Source: Veleropilina oligotropha (taxonomy: Eukaryota). Taken from it: a stretch of DNA of 64,000 nucleotides. Positions 59,179 through 64,000 of this stretch are shown here, piece by piece. The position numbers and the translations under genes were made by a program. The notes beneath the pieces were generated by a model. It ran no database searches. It saw only the letters and a program-made list of their open reading frames with translations, and was not told the origin of the DNA. The first letter of the stretch is position 1. Each line of letters opens with the position of its first letter. The stretch covers positions 558,001 to 622,000 of the forward strand of contig JBEUKZ010000071.1 in the NCBI GenBank assembly GCA_048128005.1. Direction: 5' to 3'.

Positions 59179-59986
59179 CTGCAGCAAATGTCATCCGAAC
59201 AATTTAGAATGATATGCAGCGATACTGTGCTATGCAAAGTAGAGTTTCTACGCAAATCTAGCAACTACATTTCATGACTTTATCACAGCTATTCCATGAG
59301 AACACGATGTTTACTATGTATAGATTATACCACAAAGTTTGGCTGTCTAATAGGAGTAACCGTCAGTTCGACCGCGAGGTGTGCAGAGCAGAGTTGTTGA
59401 AGTTATCTGTCATGTTAGTTCATAACCGCTCCAGTGAGAGAATTTAAAAATATATGCCACAATAATATAGACAATTTTGAATAAACCATAAAAAATGATT
59501 GTTGTAACATATAAAATTGCAGTATATTGATATAAATATGTATATATGTATATATATATATATATATATAATTTATTTACACCAAGGGAGGGTTTCCAAT
59601 TCATTATACATCGATTCATTTAGGTTCCCGGTTTATTCCCACAATAACTAAAAAACTAATAATATATTTCAGTTTCAAAATTGGGCGGGGGGGAGTATTG
59701 CCTAGGAATTTCTCCCCCCCCCCCACCCCCACTACCTAAACCTGACCATCGAGCGGTGCTTAGTGTTCAAAGATTCCATTGTTAGTTCACAAATGTTTAC
59801 TAATAAGAAAAAAAAAATTATTGAAATTTGGCGGGGGGGGGGGGGAGTATTTCCTGGCGGGGGGAAGATTTCCTAGGAAATACTCCACCTCGGGGGGGAG
59901 GATTTCCTAGGATATCCTCCACCGGCGGGGAGAATTTCCTAGGAAATCCTCCCCCGGGGGGAGGATTTCGTGGTACACCGGGTCAC

Positions 59987-60054
59987 CTGCCAGCTCTGGA
60001 TCCTCCGTGTCAGGCGAAACATCTTGGTCCGGGTCTTCTTCTCCAAAAAGCTGA
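59987..60054 (-). CDS. UBA2: UBA2 exon
   Basis: QLFGEEDPDQDVSPDTEDPELA; AG/GT boundaries. Confidence 0.93.
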
Positions 60055-60404
60055 CTGAAGGAAAACAAGATGGAAAACGTCTTTAAACGTTGATAGCAGG
60101 ATATATCCAGTAGATGGTCAATGCATTTAAATATTTATGTAAATGTTAAATACGCTTTGCACTGATAAGTATTTCTGTGGTTGCACAACCATTATCAAGT
60201 AACTAATCTTAGTAGCTTTCTATATAAGAATGTCACGATTTTAAAACTACCCACCTGGATTTGAAAAGTTTTAAATTTATCTTTGCAGCACTGTATTGCT
60301 TATCTTCTGATATGAGATACTTTTTCAACAATTATGCACTAATATAATTAAAAGATATCTGCAATACATCCTATATCACTGGCAGCTGTCAAAAGTTGAC
60401 TCAC

Positions 60405-60526
60405 TTGAACAGGTGCTTTGCCCAGACAACACAGTGGATTGACTCGGATGGAGTGTTTCTGATGGTACAGCCGGGAAATGTTTTCTGTGGAGGCTTTGGT
60501 ATGCACTCATAGCATTCTGTTAATCC
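60405..60526 (-). CDS. UBA2: UBA2 exon with the catalytic cysteine
   Basis: [40 protein letters not shown](N): Zn-binding CYEC and active-site [10 protein letters not shown]. Confidence 0.96.
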
Positions 60527-60900
60527 CTGTCACAAATTAAAGTATAAATAAGATGTAAGCACTAAAATAATATTCAAACAAATTGTAAAGAATACAGAAA
60601 AATAATGCACACTAAATAAATGATAAGTAAATAGCGTCTAGTGGACACCACCGCCAGAAGAGTTCAATTAAAATATTTAAAAGAAAACTTATAAATTGTA
60701 TACATATATGGAAGAAAAATCTGTTATGTGTTAAGTTTTTTGCAGCAAACATCCAACAAATTTAATTTTAAGAATTATTTACAATTGTCAATAACAAAAA
60801 GGTTCATTAAGATGAAAATAAAAGAATAATAATATCGTACTAACACAAACTACCACATATCGACAAAATGAATTATAACCTAATGCATATCACAACTTGC

Positions 60901-61001
60901 CTTTTTTATGACAGACACCTGTCCCAGGTAGCCGGCAGTCCCACTCTCGATCAGTGGGACGTCTGCAGCTAAACACATCCTGTTGACGTGGTTACGAGCA
61001 G
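60901..61001 (-). CDS. UBA2: UBA2 exon
   Basis: [34 protein letters not shown]; donor GCAAGT. Confidence 0.95.
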
Positions 61002-61422
61002 CTGCAAGAAAGAACTATATGTTGTTATTGTCCACAATAACAGGAATGTCTCCCCTGCTTGAAATTCTATTTTTAGCAACAGGTCATGTGACCTTTGACC
61101 TCAAATGCAAGTCCAAAGCATCCTTTCTTCATATGCAACCTGCCTGCTACATAAGAAACGGTAGTAACTGTCTGGATAACAAATCACAATCAAATTTCTG
61201 AAAAATTCTATATTTAGCAACACTTCATGTGACCTTTGACCGATTGACCTCAAGAGCAATCCCAAGCATCCTATCCTCATACACAACCTTCCTGATAAAT
61301 ATGACCAACATTGCTAAATATGAACGGTAGTTATCAGTTGTTTTTTTATTGTACCATATAAAACTGTATATATGCCAAAATGAAACATTTCGGTCGTATG
61401 TAATTGGGAACCTAGCCACCCC

Positions 61423-61868
61423 CACCCCGGTATGATTCAAATCAAAAGAGATGATTGGTCAAATCACCCCGGCATGATTCAAATCAAAAGAGATGATTGG
61501 TCAAATCACCCCGGTATGATTCAAATCATAAGAGATGGTTGTTCAAATCACCCCGGTATGATTCAAATCATAAGAGATGTTGGTCAAATCACCCCGGTAT
61601 GATTCAAATCATAAGAGATGGTTGTTCAAATCACCCCGGTATGATTCAAATCATAAGAGACGGTTGGTCAAATCACCCCGGTATGATTCAAATCATAAGA
61701 GATGTTGGTCAAATCACCGCGGTATGATTCAAATCATAAGAGATGTTGGTCAAATCACCCCGGCATGATTCAAATCATAAGAGATGTTGGTCAAATCATA
61801 AGAGATGTTGGTCAAATCATAAGAGATGTTGGTCAAATCATAAGAGATGTTGGTTGTTAGTCAAATCA
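61423..61868. repeat. ~41-44-bp intronic minisatellite decaying into 21-bp units
   Basis: Repeats of TCAAATCACCCCGGTATGATTCAAATCATAAGAGATGTTGG. Confidence 0.9.
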
Positions 61869-61988
61869 TGCAAACAAAATTTTGTGCACTAGCTAATCTT
61901 TATAACGCGTACATATTTGAATATGGCTGAAAAGATAACTTCTGAGGTAAATATTAAAGAGGAAAGAAGAATACACGATACCACTTAC

Positions 61989-62053
61989 CTCTGTTGTCTA
62001 AAGCATTCATTACCAAATCAAACTTTCGAAAGAATTCTGTGCCATACTCTGAA
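61989..62053 (-). CDS. UBA2: UBA2 exon
   Basis: SEYGTEFFRKFDLVMNALDNR; AG/GT boundaries. Confidence 0.93.
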
Positions 62054-62435
62054 CTGAAATGAGAAATCAAATGAGATTAACGGATTAGTTGATATATCCA
62101 CATTGATTCATGTCCAATGCCAGTACCTGATGGACAGGAACCTTGATGCGAGACAGGTACCTTGATGCGAGACAGGTACCTTGATGCGAGTAATTTATTA
62201 CGTGCAATAAAATCATATTGAACTTATTACGTGCAATAAAATCATCTTGAACTTTAACATTTGATCTTCGGTTACAATGAGGATATCCAGACTCTGTGAG
62301 ATAAAAATATGAAAACATGAATACTTCTAGTGATCACAAATATGGCGATACTAGGATATATAAGATTTTAAGTTACATAATTAAGCAAAGTAAACGCAAT
62401 TTGATTCTGCGTGATGTTTTGCAAGCTTTCCCTAC

Positions 62436-62506
62436 CTGGTTATGCTGTCGTGATATGCAACAATGCGTGACTCGGGATTAAACTGCAAAGCACTCTCTTT
62501 AGCTAC
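62436..62506 (-). CDS. UBA2: UBA2 exon (most 5' exon visible in the window)
   Basis: VAKESALQFNPESRIVAYHDSIT; AG/GT boundaries. Confidence 0.93.
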
Positions 62507-63166
62507 CTGAAACATAAACAGTCTAACATGTAACCAACTCATTTATTCTCTTTATCTACCTGAAACATAAACAGTCTAACATGTAACCAACTCATTTATT
62601 CTCTTTAGCTACCTGAAACATAAACAGTCTAACATGTAACCAACTCATTTATTCTCTTTAGCTACCTGAAACATAAACAGACTAACATGTAACCAACTCA
62701 TTTATTCTCTTTAGCTACCTGAAACATAAACAGTCTAACATGTAACCAACTCATTTATTCTCTTTAGCTACCTGAAACATAAACAGTCTAACATGTAACC
62801 AACTCATTTATTTTCTTTAGCTACCTGAAACATAAACAGACTAACATGTAACCAACTCATTTATTCTCTTTAGCTACCTGAAACATAAACAGTCTAACAT
62901 GTAACCAACTCATTTATTCTCTTTAGCTACCTGAAACATAAACAGTCTAACATGTAACCAACTCATTTATTCTCTTTAGCTACCTGAAACATAAACAGTC
63001 TAACATGTAACCAACTCATTTATTCTCTTTAGCTACCTGAAACATAAACAGACTAACATGTAACCAACTCATTTATTCTCTTTATCTACCTGAAACATAA
63101 ACAGACTAACATGTAACCAACTCATTTATTCTCTTTAGCTACCTGAAACATAAACAGACTAACATG
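62494..63166. repeat. 53-bp tandem repeat (~12.7 copies) overlapping a UBA2 splice acceptor
   Basis: Unit TCTCTTTAGCTACCTGAAACATAAACAGTCTAACATGTAACCAACTCATTTAT. Confidence 0.93.
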
Positions 63167-63550
63167 AGGTTTTAATTTAAACCTAATATTAGTTAAAACA
63201 TACTTACGTCCTTACTCTTGCCATAATAGTCATATTATCGCTAACCGGAAACAGTGAATAAAGTAACATTTATGCACTAAATAAGTCAAAAACAACCACG
63301 ACCACCCTTCCTGCTTCCCCTCTCTAAGTTCCTCCAGCGAGATCTCGCCAAGTCTCGCGAGACATCCGGGCTATCAAGTCACCAGACATCAATTCAAAGT
63401 TCAGAACCCCAAAGGAACTTAGTAGAGGGGAGGAATGCGAAGCAGGGTGGGTAATCGTGGTAAGGACGTAAGTATGTTTTAACTAATATTAGGTTTAAAT
63501 TAAAACCTCATATGTAGTTACAAACTTACTTACGTCCTTACTCTTGCCAG
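63164..63550. mobile_element. Inverted-repeat terminus, possibly of a DIRS-like element
   Basis: ~50-bp perfect inverted repeat (63164-63214 vs ~63460-63511), an inner imperfect IR, and a direct repeat TACTTACGTCCTTACTCTTGCCA (~63201, ~63528); no coding motif seen. Confidence 0.4.
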
Positions 63551-64000
63551 AATAACCTTGGATAGGTGGGTAAGAAGTTCCTTACAGTAAACCCAAACAA
63601 GATAATGACTTACTTTTCACCATGTCAATCAGCTCGAAGCGTCGATTGTGTCCGCCCAGAGTGGAATTTGCTGAGAATTATATTCAACTCTTACCAAGCG
63701 AGAATTTCGACCAGTGTTACCGGGAGAATACGCCGTGGTGTTAGTCGGACGAGGTGAACGGAAGTGCAATCAGCCCCAGGCACGGCCGGAAGGATGAATC
63801 CCTGTAGGTCTTACGTGTCATGGGCCAGTGGCAGCCAAATGGTACTCCTGGCCAAAGGCCGGTAGCCAGAGGATGCAGTCGGATTTGTAAGCACACGGAA
63901 CCTAATAGGTTGTGAAAGCGTGAAATCAAAGCAAAGAATTAATAGATTAAATAAATAATCGATATTAATAATTGATTCGCATGACCAACTTGCGAAACGC

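Noticed and set aside
59000..59194. Stand-alone 64-aa gene
   Set aside because: It is a UBA2 exon (59054-59178) plus intronic read-through
59627..59982. CCCGG...CCGGG-bounded G-rich mini element next to a UBA2 donor
   Set aside because: Terminal match is too short and no TSD could be established
61497..61768. Repetitive ORFs (KSPRYDSNHKR)n
   Set aside because: Translations of the intronic minisatellite

Overview
AT-rich animal genomic DNA (probably a mollusc or similar invertebrate, inferred from the repeat landscape) carrying eight minus-strand exons of the SUMO-activating enzyme gene UBA2/SAE2. One UBA2 intron (3823-58655, ~54.8 kb) holds a complete, GC-richer, 15.8-kb endogenous Polinton-like dsDNA virus (3940-19734). 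The virus has AGCAGCAG...CTGCTGCT ends, ~340-bp TIRs and a CTAGG target duplication. It encodes a double-jelly-roll major capsid, a penton, an A32/FtsK packaging ATPase, an rve integrase, many small membrane proteins and a secreted Cys-rich protein. No adenain-type protease is visible. Its replicase is an unusual, frameshifted fusion of an HeH motif, an OTU-like protease, a PolB with no recognisable exonuclease, an SF1 helicase and an HNH domain. A near-identical 14.9-kb tandem duplication (8421-23306 / 23307-~38195) copies the right 11.3 kb of the virus plus host flank. The rest of the intron is nested Helentron-like elements, TA-flanked MITEs and satellites. All protein calls come from motif reading by eye; no database searches were run.
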